A stretch of DNA of 48,075 bases, counting the filler, from Jimgerdemannia flammicorona (Eukaryota): the NCBI GenBank assembly GCA_003990765.1. It is 2 parts of 2 records of this genome, joined end to end, with 100 filler letters (N's around TTAATTAATTAA, not from the genome) between each part and the next. Parts side by side here need not be neighbours in the genome. Positions count along the whole stretch, not along the records: positions 1 to 23,988 come from RBNJ01001036.1; 1 more part is not named here. The stretch is one strand, 5' to 3'. Made by a program: the position numbers and the translations under genes. The notes under the pieces were generated by a model. The model searched no databases, was not told where the DNA came from, and worked only from the letters and a program-made list of their open reading frames with translations. Position 1 is the stretch's first letter. Each line of letters opens with the position of its first letter. Positions 1-13,500 of the stretch are shown one piece after another.

Positions 1-31
<31 letters not shown>

Positions 32-34
<3 letters not shown>

Positions 35-124
35 GAGGGGGACCCAAGGGGCATCGGTTAAGGTGGAGGGAGGCATTTATGTATTATCTATAGAGAGTGC
101 GTAATAAAGGGAAGTCCAAGTAAC

Positions 125-192
<68 letters not shown>
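32..192 (+). mobile_element. Severely 5'-truncated LINE 3' end (about 96 nt plus poly(A) 128-192), preceded by another poly(A) tract (1-31)
   Basis: Ends AATAAAGGGAAGTCCAAGTAACTAT-(A)n, nearly identical to the 3' end of the LINE at 2667-8537 read on the minus strand (AATAAAGAAAGGAGTCCAAGTGACTAT-(A)n). Directly abuts a Gypsy RT. Confidence 0.75.
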
Positions 193-194
<2 letters not shown>

Positions 195-2466
195 AGAATA
201 TCTCAAACATATTCAAATAGTCCTGGAAATCCTGTAAAAACACAAGCTCTATACCAAGCTCAAGAAGTGTGAATTCTTCAAAGAGCAAGTTAAATACCTT
301 GGCCACATTATCTCTATACAAGGAATTCAAGTAGACCTATACAAGATAGAAGCAATTAAAGAATGTCCCATTCCATTGAATCTTACAGAACTCCAATCCT
401 TCCTTGGTCTAGCTAGCTATTATTACCACTTTGTCAGAAACTTCTCTGGCATTGCTGAGCCACTGACTAACCTCATGAGGAAGGCCCCACACTCAGACCA
501 CTATGTACCCTACATCTGAGACATCTTTTGTCAATAAGTCTTTTAAGAACTCAAGAACTACCTGATCCATGCTCCAGTCCTGTATAATGTAGATCAAAGT
601 CTAAAATTCATAGTCACTACTGATGTATCAAATTTTACTATTGGAGCAGTTCTGTCACAAGATGATGGCAAAGAATATCATCCTATTGCTTTTGAGTCTT
701 GCAAGTTGACCCCAGCTAAACAAAAGCTAGCCATCCATGAGAAGGAACTACTAGCAATAATATATATACTAGACCACTAGTAATGCTATCTAGAAGGTGT
801 TGAGTTTGATGTCATTCCTGATCATCAATCTCTCAAATACATCAACACCCAACCAACTCTGTCACATCTATAAGCCAAGTGGAGCCTCAAGCTTCAAACC
901 TTCAACTCAATGATCATCTACAAGTCTGGAAAGACACTTATAGTACCAGATACCTTATTAAGATACCCTGACCTCATTACAATCATACAGGTCACCTTAG
1001 TATCAGAATTTCTAGACCAAATCAGACAAGCTTATAAAGAAGATATAGTTGCTACTAGAGTTTCTCAAATGAGCTTAAGGATATATATACTGTTAAGAAC
1101 AATCTGATCTATCATCAAGACCAAGTCTACCTATCTAAAAACATTAACCTATACTATAAGATTTTGTAAGAATACTATAACTCTCCTCTTGCCAGTTACC
1201 TGGAAATTGAGAAGACTGTTAAGAACATCTAATACTACTACTATTAGCCAAGTATGGTCAAGAAAATCAAGAACTATATTGCCAGCTGTGATCTATACCA
1301 GTACAATAAGTCTACCAACCAAGTGCCTGCTAGTTTGCTACAACTACTGCTAATTCCTACTAAGAAATTTGAGCAAGTTACTATGAACTTTATACATAAC
1401 TCAACTGCTATGAACTCAATCTGGTGCTGATGCTATCATCATATTTGTTGACTATCTGATTAAGATTATAGTTACTGAACTAACCACTACCAATACTACT
1501 GCACCTGAGATTGCAAGAATCTTCTTCAAGTCCATCTTCTATCACTATGGCCTACCACAAGTAATTATCAGTAATTATGATCCCAAGTTCACCAGTCACT
1601 TCTGGCAATCTCTCTTCAAGACTCTGGGAACCCAATTGGCTATATCTACTGCTTTTTATCTACAAACTAATGGACAAACTGAGTGCATGAACAGAACTCT
1701 AGAACAAATGCTTAGAAACTATGTTTCTTATGAACAAGATGATTGGGATCACTACTTGACTTATGTAGAGTTTGTATATAACAATGCTGTCCAATCATCT
1801 ACTGGTCTTTCTCCTTTCTGGTTACTCCATGGTCAAGATCCTGAGACCCCTGCAAGTCTATTCTCTTTCAAGAAAAGCAGTCAAATAAAAGTCTCTACCA
1901 TCAAGAGCCTTACAGACAAAATAAATGAACTACTCAAGATTGCTACCATAAATCTTCAGAAGGCTCAATAGTATCAAGCCAAGTATGCTGATAAGAAATA
2001 CCATGATGTCACTTATACTATTAGAGATTAAGTCCTACTACATATCTACTGAGAACCTCAAGATATAATCTCAAGTCAATCACCCTTCAAACAAGTTCCA
2101 ACTCAAGTATATTGGACCTTTCAAGATCACTGAACAAGTCTCTGCATCCTTCTACCACCTCAAGCTATCTAAAACCATAAGAGTATATCCAGTCTTTTAT
2201 ATATCATACCTTAAGATCTGGAACCAGTCACCATCCTACCCTGGTCAAATTCCTAAGCCATCTGCCCCTGTGATTATGAAAGACCATATTGAGTATAAAG
2301 CTGAGAAAATCCTTGATAAATGAGTCCACTACCACCATCTTGAATACCTAGTTAAGTAGATAGGTTACCCTAAATATGATGCTATCTGGGAACCACTGAT
2401 TAATGTCAAGAATGCTCAAGATCTAGTTCAAGACTTTGAGGCAAAATGTATTACCCAATCCCTGTA
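193..2466 (+). pseudogene. Decayed Ty3/Gypsy (chromovirus) pol: RT C-terminus, RNase H, integrase, chromodomain
   Basis: Manual translation: KLKKCEFFKEQVKYLGHII (RT), TTDVSNFTIGAVLSQ and HEKELLAII (RNase H), integrase core ISTAFYLQTNGQTECMNRTLEQMLRNY (ORF 1636-1971), chromodomain EYKAEKILDK..YLVK*IGYPKYDAIWEP at ~2291-2450. Many stops and frameshifts. Confidence 0.93.
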
Positions 2467-2849
2467 GTGACTTCCTTAAATTGTTGATGATATATGGTAA
2501 TGACTAGTGCCTTATGTATCAGAAGTTTACTTTGGGACTCTGGAACCAGCAAAATATTTAATAAATAAGAAGTCCACTGAAATGAAGCTACTAGCTGAGT
2601 TTGAACCTCTCTCAGTTAGTTAGTCTGATAATAAGCTCTCTGCCTTATATGAGGATGAACAATCTCTTTTTTTTTTTTTTTTTTTTTTTTATAGTCACTT
2701 GGACTCCTTTCTTTATTAATACACCCATCTATCCTCTATAAAATACACTGTACCCACCCCTATCTGATCCCCCTAGGGCCCCCCCACTCTCTCTCAATAA
2801 AAGACCACCTGCCCACCACTCTATTTACAGATCCCTTCTACCAGATGAC

Positions 2850-5800
2850 AATGTCACCCACCCTGGGGACCCAACTAACCTACCACTCTGTCAGCAAATC
2901 TTCTATCAACCCCTCTCATCTTAACAACTTCTCCTGTATACTCATCTGTTATCCCTCCTCAAAAACAAAGAGCTGGTGTTCAGCCAGCCCTACCCATACA
3001 GCTAAAACCCACCCTATCATAAGCCATCCATTGTCCACACCACCCACTAACTGAGATTTCAAATCCTCCCAGTGATCTCTCTCTCCATCTGATCTCTTCT
3101 TCACATCTAGCCAGTCCCCTACTGCTATCCAAAAGTCCCCCATAACCTTACACTCTCCCAGCCAATATTCTGGCATCTATTCAAATCCCCCAACTTGCCC
3201 CACATTGTAGCACTCCTCACAATCTAATTGTCTACCCTCTACCAGATACCCAGCATGGAAATTCAACATGACATTTCTCCATAGTATCTGCCACCATACC
3301 ACCCAGAACTTGAGAGGAAGCCACCTCTATACCTCAGTACTCCATAACCAGACTCCTGCCCAGTCCCACTCTTTACCAATCCTCACAGTCTGCCAACTAC
3401 TTGGCCAAAGATCCTGACCAAGTCTCTGCTGACACTCCACTCTATTACTAATACTAAACTTAGCAAGTGAAACACCCCCTAGAAGCAGTCTGTCCTACTG
3501 CTGGACCCCACAGCATCTTCTCCTCATTGCTTTGCTAGTACAGACCTATTCAGTATGCTCTATCTATCACTCTCTACCAGAAGCCCTTATACTGAAGTTG
3601 TCAGCTCCCATCCAGATCCACTAGAGATAGCAAATCTCTTGAAGACTCTTGTGGAGAGAATCTCATCTCCTACACCTTCTGTATCAGTGGCACCCAATCT
3701 CCTCCCTACAGTTCAACAGCTCTTTTTAACCACCAAGCTCACAGGCAATACAGTCTTTTAGGAAAATCTACTAGGCCTAGTCCTCTCTAAACCACCAGTG
3801 TTGCAAGAGTGTCCCAACTGATCTGAGACCACCTCCCTGCCCAAATATAATCTCTAGCCAGTTTCATCAGTCTCTTCACCACCTAAGCTGGAAAGTCCAA
3901 ATGATAAGCAACATACTATAGCTTGGGGAACTAGTAGACATTCAGGATTGATACCTGGCCAGCTAGAGAGATGTGGCGATCTCTCTACCCTCTAAGAGCC
4001 TCCCCCCAAATGGCCACTCTCCTCTCCCACCATACTTGTGGTAAGACAGAACTATATATAGAAAGAAAGATACCCAGATACTACACTGCCTCTCCTGTAG
4101 GGACAATTGTTTCAATGATATCCCCTCCCACTAGTCTGTTTCTCAGCATCATTGTCTCACACTTATACCAGTTAAGTTTCACTCTAGAGTATGCCTTATA
4201 CCATTCCACTGCCTCCTTAAGTACCTCAAAATCCACTACTGAGCCAAGTCCAACCACCATATCATCTGCAAAGGCCCCCACCTTCTACACCACACTATAT
4301 ATAGAAAGCCCTGCCACCTTCTGTCATATCCTATCTATTAAAGATTCTAATAAAAGGGCATAAAGAATAGAAGACAGTGGATCTTCCTGAGAAACTCTTC
4401 TTCTCAAAGGAAATGCCAGACCCTGGTAATCATTACACATCAGTACTGCCCTACTGCCCACCAACAAACTCAATATAGAAGCTCAAAATCATGAAGGAAT
4501 ACCAATTCTATCCAGTACCTTGCCCAGCCACACCTGCCAAACTCAGTCATAGGCCTTCTCCTGGTTCAAAAAGACCAGTCTTCCATCCAATCTACAAGCC
4601 CATGCCCCTTCAATGATGCCATAAACCCAGGCTGTTCCATTTCTGATAAGCCTGTCTTCCATAAAGTCCCACTGCTCCTCACCCAGCACCTGTTGGGCAA
4701 TCTTCTGTAGTTTTGCAACAATCACCTTAGTCACCATCTTCCTGTCTATATCCAGAAGCATAATTGGCCTCCAGTTCTTCTAGTCCTCCCTCCTCCTCTT
4801 GTCTTTGTATAACAATGCCATCAACCCCAAGTCCTGCTCTCCAACCCACTCACTCTTCAGAAGAACATGGTCACAGAGGGCTGCTATCTCTCCTAACACT
4901 TCAGAGACCTTTGCCATCTTCTTCCAAAAGTCCCAAGGTAATCCATTCTCTCCTAGTGTTGTTCCAAGCTTAGTTGCTACAAGGACTCTCTGGATTTCCT
5001 CCTCCTGGACTGGTAGGACCAAGTCACCAAGGCCCTCTACTTGTGGCAGTTCCCAATCCTCCAGCATATCTCCAATCACCTCTTCATCTACACCCCCTTC
5101 CTCCTTACTCCACAAGCTCCTCTACCTCTCCTTCAGTATCCCAAGATCTGTTATATACTATACACTATTTCCCCTTCAGCACCAAGGACCCCATTCCATC
5201 AATGTCACACTCTCCTAGCCTAGAGGAGTCTTGATAAGTGCCAAGTAGGCCTCTCTCTCTCCTCAAGCCCCTGCTACCTCAGCCTAGCTGCCATTCCTTT
5301 CATATATATCTCCTTCTCCTCTCTCAGTACCTGTTGTAGCTTTACTATCTTCAATTTTGCACACTCCAACCTCCAATCACCCACCTCTTCAGAAGATATC
5401 AAATCTGCCCATTCCATCTATAATCTAATCAACTGATTTGAAGCATACCTTACTCTTTTCCTTCACTATCTCCCAGTATCCCTACCCACTCCTTCTCAAT
5501 AAACCCTCACAGCCTCTTTCAACTTCATCTACCAGATATCCACTGATGAACCCTCATGTATCCAGCTGGCAATCTTTACCTGGATGTCCTCAATCCACAG
5601 ATTCCACAATACTTTCTCAGCCAGCAGAGAGGAGTTAAGGTGACAATGTCTGGGTCTGTCCCCACTCTCTACAAACTGCCCCTATCCCAATAGCCCCCAG
5701 TGATAAGACTACAGGCACCACTCTACCTCCAGAGTCTTCCAGACATCTATGCCCCAGTATTCAGCTATCAGAATCCAGTCAATCCTCATACTCAGTCTAT

Positions 5801-6375
5801 TCACTCAGTGTGTATAGACCCTCTTTTCTCCCCACTGTGATCTGCCTATATCTCCTAAGGAGCAAAGGGTCTCCACCTCCTCCCAAGTATCCAGACTACC
5901 ACTCCTCCCACCCACACTCCTCCCTCCATCAGTTCTATCCAACTTAAGATTCCCCACTATATTAAAGTCACCTCCCAGAATATCTACTCCTTCCTCTAAG
6001 AGAATGCCCTCCTCCAAAAGATCTCTAATCCATACAATCTACTTACCCCTAGCTGTAGGGCAGTAGTAAGAGCCTACTCTCACTGGCTCTCACTCAGGTT
6101 GATGCCATTCTCCCTAGACCAAACAGTTCCCCCAGCTCCTAATTCCACCCAAATCTCCTCTACCTCTCTTCACCAGAATCACCACTTTGCTAATTCAAGC
6201 TATAGCTTCTCTCCATTCTCTAGTTCACTCTGCCTGATTCTCTTCATCCTCACACTATACATTCTGCAGTAGAAAGAGATCAGCCTCCAATTCTTTAAGC
6301 TAAGTAAAAATGTTCTTATGCCACCCAGATCCCCTTAACTCATTTACATTTAGAGAGAAAATATTAATTGTACTG
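2850..6375 (-). pseudogene. LINE-A ORF2: AP endonuclease, reverse transcriptase and C-terminal Cys-rich region (boundaries approximate)
   Basis: APE motifs SLNVNEL, ILGGDFN (5805-6017) and RIDWIL; RT motifs WRPIMLLDIDRK, FLNQEKAYD (4543-4761), QEDPLSSILYAL and GAFADDMVV (4081-4281). Confidence 0.9.
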
Positions 6376-6411
6376 TTTATAAAGAATAATGTTAATTATC
6401 AAGCCCATCCT

Positions 6412-8350
6412 CTACAAATCTGCATTCAACCTCTCCTGCACCAAGTCCAAGTTACATTCAGTAGCCAGTTCCTCCTCTTTAGCTATCTTTGCCTCCAGCC
6501 CAACCAGAAGCTTAGCCATCTCCCCATCCTCTTTTTCCTCAAAGTCCTCATGATACTCCAGGCATGCCTCCTGCCAGAGTTGCAAACCATGTCTCTCTGC
6601 CCAACAGTAGGCAGCCAACTCACCAGCAACAACTGCCAGCTCAGCCTTCCTCTTCTCATCAACCTCATATCTCTCCTTCTTCAGAAAAATAGCAAATATC
6701 TCCACCTTCAATATTTCTACTACTCCATCTTTATGCAGAATCTGCACTCAATACTTCTCACTCATTACTCTCAGGTCCACTTCCCCCAACTCCTCAGCTG
6801 CAAGATTATCCATCACTTGGCTCATCTACAGCAGGTTTCCCACCTTCTTCTCTCTTGGCATCCCTGGCCTTCCCACATCTAGTATCATGGTATCTACCTC
6901 TACACTTGCAGTCTTATTCTACCCCTCCTCTGGGACATTCATCAGCTCATCCTCACCTACCACCACTACCTGTCCTCCTTTTGCCATGCCAGGAACTCCA
7001 AAGTGTACTCACTGAGTACCCTGTATCAGCTCATCCTCAGCTACCTGACCCCTTACAGTAGGGCCTTACCTGACTAGAGGAGGAGTGTCTTCCAAGACTG
7101 GCTCTCAGATCTTGAATGTACCATTAGCAAATGGGTCTTTGTGCATTATCTTCTCAGCCCCATCCAGGCCCTCCTCTGTATCTCCTCCTCCCTTACTAGT
7201 CCAAACACTTACCTCTACACTTCCAGACTTCTCAGTGCTCTCAGAATTCATCTTCACCCCTCCTTCCATGCTTACTAGTAGCTCTCTCTACCTCTTGTAC
7301 CCTTGAGCTCTCTCCCACTGCCTCTTGTTAGTGCAAATATATTTCCCATCTACAATCTCCAAATGTATTGACTATATATACAACTTCCAGGCCTTTGCCC
7401 TCTGCTCTACTGCTCTACTTATCTCCTCTAGAGTCTCTAACAAGTTTTCCTCCTTCTCTTCACTCTCTTTCACTCTCAATATCTTACAGATGAAAGCCCC
7501 CCACATTATCACCAAAGGTCAGTCACTTGTCTTCCCCATAGCCTCTCTCCCAGTTAGTCTAATCCTGATGTCCACATCTCCTATCCTGAAAGTAGTCCCC
7601 TCCCATATCTGGAAACCAATATTGATCATGTTGCCATACTCTGCCATCACCTCCTCCACCCTTCTCCTAGTCTCAACCTTCATCACCACAGGCACCCCCT
7701 TTACTAGTAACTGAACCACCCTAGGGTTCTACCTCAAACACCATACCATAGAGACCACCACCTTGCCAACAGCCACTCCAGATTTTAATACTTCCTCTAG
7801 TAGACCCATCTCCTCAAAATCCACTTCAACTTCCTTCAGTCTCTTCAAGAACTTCACTGAGGCAGCCCTAGCCACCTACTCTATGATAATCCCCAGAACC
7901 ATTCTTGCCATCACAGCTAAGCCCTGAAAGCATAAGGTTGCTACAAACTCCAAGATTGACTTCTTGAGTAATGGTGCCACTGCCAGTCCTGTCACACTAT
8001 CAGCCAGGTCTTCCTTTCACTTTGGGCCCATCTGCACAGCCTCTCTATCAATAGTCACATCTGGATTTTTTTTCCAGATTCCCAGTCATACCACCATCAG
8101 CAGTCCTACCTCTACTCCCATCAGCTACTCCACCAGCCCTTCTTCCTGCCAGCTGAGATCCAGCACCTCCAACTCCTTCTTCCTTCTGCTTCCTCTTCCC
8201 TCTTGTCTGCCCACTATGAGCTCCTACTGACCAATCTCCAGCCTTCAGCATATCTATAAAACTTCTTCCCTTCTGCTCTCTGACCCCTCTACCAGTGCTG
8301 CTTCCACTGCCCAAGCTGCCCTGCCCACTTAGACCACTGAAAGACCCCAT
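6412..8350 (-). pseudogene. LINE-A ORF1 (gag-like, RRM-like core)
   Basis: ORF fragments 8048-8350, 7519-7719 (VQLLVKGVP..VMAEYGNMINIGFQIWEGT) and 6412-6747 lie upstream of ORF2. Homologous to the ORF1 of the LINE at 10547-15420. Confidence 0.7.
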
Positions 8351-8655
8351 CTTAAGCCCATACCCTCATCTGACATATTGCTAGTTGAAGGCCCCAGGTC
8401 TACCCAACCTGGTACACATGTCTGCTTGCTTGTTAATTGCTATAACCTTAGTATCTTTCTCCAATAAATGGGTCAAAAGTATATTTTGAAGTTTGTGTTA
8501 TATGAGTGGTAGTGGAGAAAGATGCTGTCCTACTCTGGAGGATAGACAATCTCCACCAATACACTAATACAAGTTTGAGAAATTTTGATTAAGTATATCT
8601 AGTCTGGTGTTACCTAAGAACTCAATAAGAATGTTAATTCTTAAAGAGAGAGAGA

Positions 8656-9118
8656 TATAACAATTTTGCAGTTATGTTTAGTCTTAGTACATTTTTACAT
8701 CTTTTTAGTTAGTCTTTTCTTGTCATTTCTTGAATATTCTACTATGTTCTGCCACCTTCTACTTACTTAGAAACCTTTTCTCAGTGCCCAGACACCACTA
8801 GAACACTCTTGTCTTTTCTTGATACTAAGTATCTTATCATAGCTAAATAGAACTTCTTAGAACATTATAGAACTATATTAGTCAGCTTTGCCAAGAACCT
8901 ATTTCTTGGCATTTCTCTTTCTTTCCAAGATCCTTCCAGATCTTTCTTTGAGATAATGTATAAATATCCTTATTCTCTATCTGAATAAAGCTCAGAATAT
9001 TTTCTCTCAGAAATCCTTCAAGAACACTTGAACCTCTAAGTATCTCTTTGAGCTACTTTAGGCCAACCAGAACTTCCAGATTTAGCCACTTTCTCTTAAA
9101 GAAACTAGAACTGTTACA
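8656..9118 (+). repeat. 3' LTR (~460 bp) of the chromovirus whose pol is at 193-2466
   Basis: Preceded by a polypurine tract AAAGAGAGAGAGA (8643-8655); termini TATAAC (decayed TGTAAC)..GTTACA; contains TATAAATA and AATAAA; homologous to 37710-38164. Confidence 0.8.
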
Positions 9119-10300
9119 GATAGTATCTATCAGATATAATCCACTTAGTAGCTACTGCTCTTACTACAGGGGGTGAGATATAGTCTAGAAATCCTGAGTG
9201 ACTATAGTAGTAGATTTTTAGATCCTAGTGGTTCCAAGATAGTATAATGTACCTGGCTCAATGGAGGCAAATTACAAGGTTGGAGATTGATATAGTTTAG
9301 CTTGAGCCCTCAGTTCCTTTGTCAAAAGCAATAAAATGTTCTTGGTGTTCAGTAGTATAATGATCAAAGCTGGATATCTGTAAGTGATTTGGGTATCAAT
9401 TTTCTAATTAAGATGGTTCTCTGGATATAGTGGTGATTTGGATGTAGCATGGTCTGACAATTTAACAGCTTTCCTTCTTGAGTAGTGAGTGATTTCTCTG
9501 TGTAGCATGATGATCTTAGCATAATGATCTTGGTTCCAAAAGTATGTAATTTCTGTATAATGATCTTTGTATAGTATGACAATCTCTATATAGTATGGTG
9601 GATTCCTTATGCAGGATGATCTTAGTAATATTCTTTATATAGATTTGGTGGATAACTTGATTTGGTACAGATTCTCCTAAATTGGCAGACTTCTTGAATG
9701 TTATAGATTCTTCTATACTAGGCTTACTAGGAATAGAAGATGGTGCAGGTTTTTCCTGAATCAGCAGCTTACTGGAAATAATACTGACAGTGGGTTCTCT
9801 AAATTGGGCTTACTGGGAATAAACTAATAATTCAGATATCATAAATTCTTAGCAAGTTATATTAAAGACTGGCTTTATTTATATGGAGTCATATTGTAGA
9901 CTAACTCTACTATAAAGTTGCATCAATAGACTGGCTTTGGTGATAAGATTTCTATAAGTTCTTTGAGAATGCAGATAACTTGAAATGGTGGCAAAGCTCT
10001 TTCTTAAACTTTGGTGGCAAACTTAGATTCTTCAGACTTATCTGACAAGTGAACCAAAAATATAACAAACTCTTCTTTGTATTAAAAAGTGGACTAGAGT
10101 AGAAAGGAATGCTTTGCTCAAAATCTCCTAGCAGTGACTGTAGAGTTCCTCTCAAAGTATAGTAGGCAGACTTGACTTTTGCTTTGGATTCAATTTAGAC
10201 TAAGGTTTATTCACTCTTATCTCTGGGGTATTTTATACAGTTATAGTTGCTACTGGTTACTATGTTACTAACTATAGATTGCTATCTATAGCAAATATTC

Positions 10301-10372
10301 CTTGAGGGTATAGTGTACCTTGAGAGTATGGTATACCTTAAGAGTACAGTATATCTTGAGAGTACAGGTAAA
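10301..10372. repeat. 18-bp tandem repeat, about 4 units
   Basis: CTTGAGGGTATAGTGTAC / CTTGAGAGTATGGTATAC / CTTAAGAGTACAGTATAT / CTTGAGAGTACAGGTAAA. Confidence 0.8.
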
Positions 10373-10546
10373 CAGAGACTTCTTTTGCTCAAACCACTCA
10401 GAGTAAGCTAAGCTACATAGACATCTTTCAGTGAAAGACAATATGTTTTCAAGTTTTTATTTTGATTATACTGATGTATATCATATGGTGGGAGTTTATC
10501 TACAAGACACATCAAGTTTCAGCAAAAACCATCAAGTTTTGGTGAA

Positions 10547-13500
10547 ATGGCTAGTTAAGGTTTCTCTAGCTCTGAGTATCTAGAGAGGAGGAGGCCTGGT
10601 CTGGGCCTTCTTAAGAGCTTTGCAGCTGCTGCAGAGACTGATGTGGCTGCTGGAGGGACTGGTGGTCAGGGGAGATCTGGTGAAATTGAGGCCTGGTGTA
10701 CTGTGGTGAGAAGCAGGAGGACTGCAGCCAGGCCCTTGGAGGTGAGACAGGGGGGGGTGTAGTGTTGACAGGAGGAGGGGTCAGGTGATAGATCAGGTGA
10801 TGGGTCAGGTGTCTGGCAGGAGGCAGGGGGTCTGGTGGTGTGATGTTGGGAACTGGTTCTTCTAGGGCTGGGCCAGTAACTGGGGAGAGGGCTGCTGGTG
10901 ATACAGTGATAGCTGGTGAGGCAACTGCTGATATTTCTGGGATCAAGAAGAAGGTAACTCTGGTAGCTGGGATAAGTGAGCTGGTGGTAAAGCACTTCTT
11001 TCATAAGTCAGTATCAACATGGGCAGTTTTGGTGAACTTCCTGAGATTGGCAATATCAGCTAGGGAGGTTCTGAGACTGGTGGGGGAGAAAGTGGCTGGG
11101 GCTGAATCCTTGAAGTTCATCTCTTTGGTAGAGGCAGTGGAAATTGGATTTGTGGAGGAGGACACAATGATTAAGGCACTAGAGAAAGGACTGACTGTCA
11201 AGAGTGTCCAAATTGAGATAGTGAGGTGTTTGAGGTAGGACCTGCATACTGTTCAGCTGGTAGTAGAGGGGCTGCTAACTCTGGGCAGACAGAAGACCAA
11301 GAAGATGGTGGTAGAGGTACTGAGTAGCTATGGTGAGATAGTGGATTTTGGGTTCATATTCTGGGAGGGTACCAAATTGAGGTATGGTAACTGTGAGATG
11401 ATGCTGTAACTAGAAGGCAAGGAGGCAACTGGGCTGAGATGAGATTGGCCTGAGGGGATTTGAGTTAGAGGGCAAGAGTGCAAGGTGTGGAGGAGGAAAG
11501 GAGTAGAACAGAAGGAGAAAGAGTTGGCAATTACTCTAGAGGAGAGAGAGGCTGCAAAGAAGTTGCATAAGAGGAAGTGGGAAGAGTTTACCAAGGATTG
11601 GGTCTAGATTCAGGCAGATGGCAAGCAGAAGAGATAGAGGAAAGAGAATTGGGAGCATCTGCAGGCAGCCCTTTAGAGGGCAGTAGTGGAAGAGAAGGTG
11701 AGAGTAAAGGTGGCCAAGAATCAGATAGAAGGAGTGGAAGCAGCAGAGGTGTCCTTCTCTTAGCTGGGTGGTATGGAGAGCTCAGCATATATACCAGTGA
11801 GAGAGAAGTGGGCAGATAAGGAGGAGGTGGGAGAAGGGGGCTTTGAGGATGATATCAAAGTGATGCCAGAGACTCAGGTAAAGGACACCCATATGGCTAG
11901 AGTGGCAAATGTCCATTGGGAGTACTCTGAGGCTAGTGAGGTAGTATATTTGGAGAAAGTTGCAGAGGAGGATGAGCTGGTGGATGTGGCTTCAGATGTG
12001 TCAGCAGATAGAGAGCAACTGCAAGAGTTGAGTAGGACCCCCAGGTTATTGACTCCAGGGCCCCTGGTAATGACAGCAGAGAGCTGGTATCAGGCAGTAC
12101 TTGAGGAACTTGCAGAGAAGGACATCAAGGAAGTGGATGTATTTCATGGATCTCTGGAGGCATGGGAAGGATTTCTCAATATTGTAATATAGAGGCCTAA
12201 GTTGGTGATAGCAATAGTAGCAGCTTTCTAGATGATAAAGGATATAATGTTGATGAGAGCAGGATAGTAGACATCAGAAAGGTGGCAGCAGAAAGAGTGG
12301 ACCTTTTCTGTAGTAGTATAAATAGTAATTGAATCTGAAGGGCAATTTGCAAAGACTAGCAAGAGATCATTAGAGGAAGGGCCAAGAATATGGTGGCAGT
12401 TCCAGCAGAGCTTTAAACAATTTCTTTGATGATGATGAACAGTTTATATATCTTATCAATCAATATTAATGGATTGCATGATGGTATTAAGAGATAGAGG
12501 CTGTTTTTATGGCTTAAAGTCAGAAGATATGATATTATTTTTCTTCAGGATATTTGGGCTTATGGGGAGTAAGACTATGAGATATGGAGTAAAGAATAGT
12601 ATGGTAGTATGGGTTGGAACAAGTAGATGGACATCTTGGTTGGTATAGGCAAAGGTGAGCTGGTGGAGGTAAAGGCCTATAGTGACAGATTGGTATGGGG
12701 AAGACTAAAAGGAGGGGCTGGTGATGGTTTAGCAGTGGGCTTGGTTTATCTCCCTATAGTTAGCAGAGAGCAAAAGCAATGGGTTGAGAACTGGTGGGCT
12801 TGGGAAGGTCAGGAGGTAGTTGCACTAGACATTCTGGGGAAGGACTTTAATATGGTATGAAATTGGACACTGGATAGGTCAGATAGTGGGGCAGGTATAG
12901 TAGTATCCTCTGGACTGTCTTGATGGCTTCAGGTGGAGTGTGATATGAGACTGGTGGATAGTATCCATCAGTATCAGGTAGATGAGTCAGGACCTTTCAC
13001 CTAGTGGCACCCAGTTGGTAATGGATTAGTTGGAACATGAATTGATTGAGTGCTAGTAGTGGAGTATTGGGGCAAATTCTGGATATTGCAGAGGTATGTT
13101 GGTGCCCTTGGTCAGATTATTGGGGAGTGGAGGTATGTGGTAGATTCCAGACAGCAGGCTGTAGTGGAGAGTACTGGTGCCTCAATATGGCTTTTCTCAG
13201 GAGGAAGAAAGAGAGAGAACAGTTTGTGGACATTGTGAGACAGAAAGTAGTATGTTGGCAGAGTGATGGGCAGCTGATAGTGGAGTAGTGGGGTAAATTC
13301 AAACATTTGGCTGGTACTTACTGGCAGGATGTTGGAGAAGTGGCTGGGAAGGAGCAGAAGGACAAGGAAAGGAGGGTAGAGAAGGGGCTGCAATAGTGAT
13401 TGAAGCTAATGAAAGGGGGAAACTTATCTGGAGAGATATGCCACTAGCTGGCTGTGGAGGTGGCAGAGTTGTAGGCAGATTTGAAGGCAGCTGAGGACAG

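Larger units (their letters stand above)
2667..8537 (-). mobile_element. Full-length (~5.9 kb) decayed L1/Tx1-type non-LTR retrotransposon (LINE-A)
   Basis: Poly(T) at 2667-2690; 16-bp TSD GAGGATGAACAATCTC (2651-2666) / GAGGATAGACAATCTC (8538-8553); ORF1 and ORF2 relics on the minus strand. Confidence 0.92.

Noticed and set aside
124..330. ORF ending in poly-Phe
   Set aside because: Antisense translation of a poly(A) tail and the Gypsy RT.
10301..10372. Repeat array as a CRISPR
   Set aside because: Head-to-tail 18-mers with no spacers, in a eukaryotic context.
10611..11004. Pro-rich minus-strand ORFs
   Set aside because: Shadow frames of the G-rich LINE-B ORF1.
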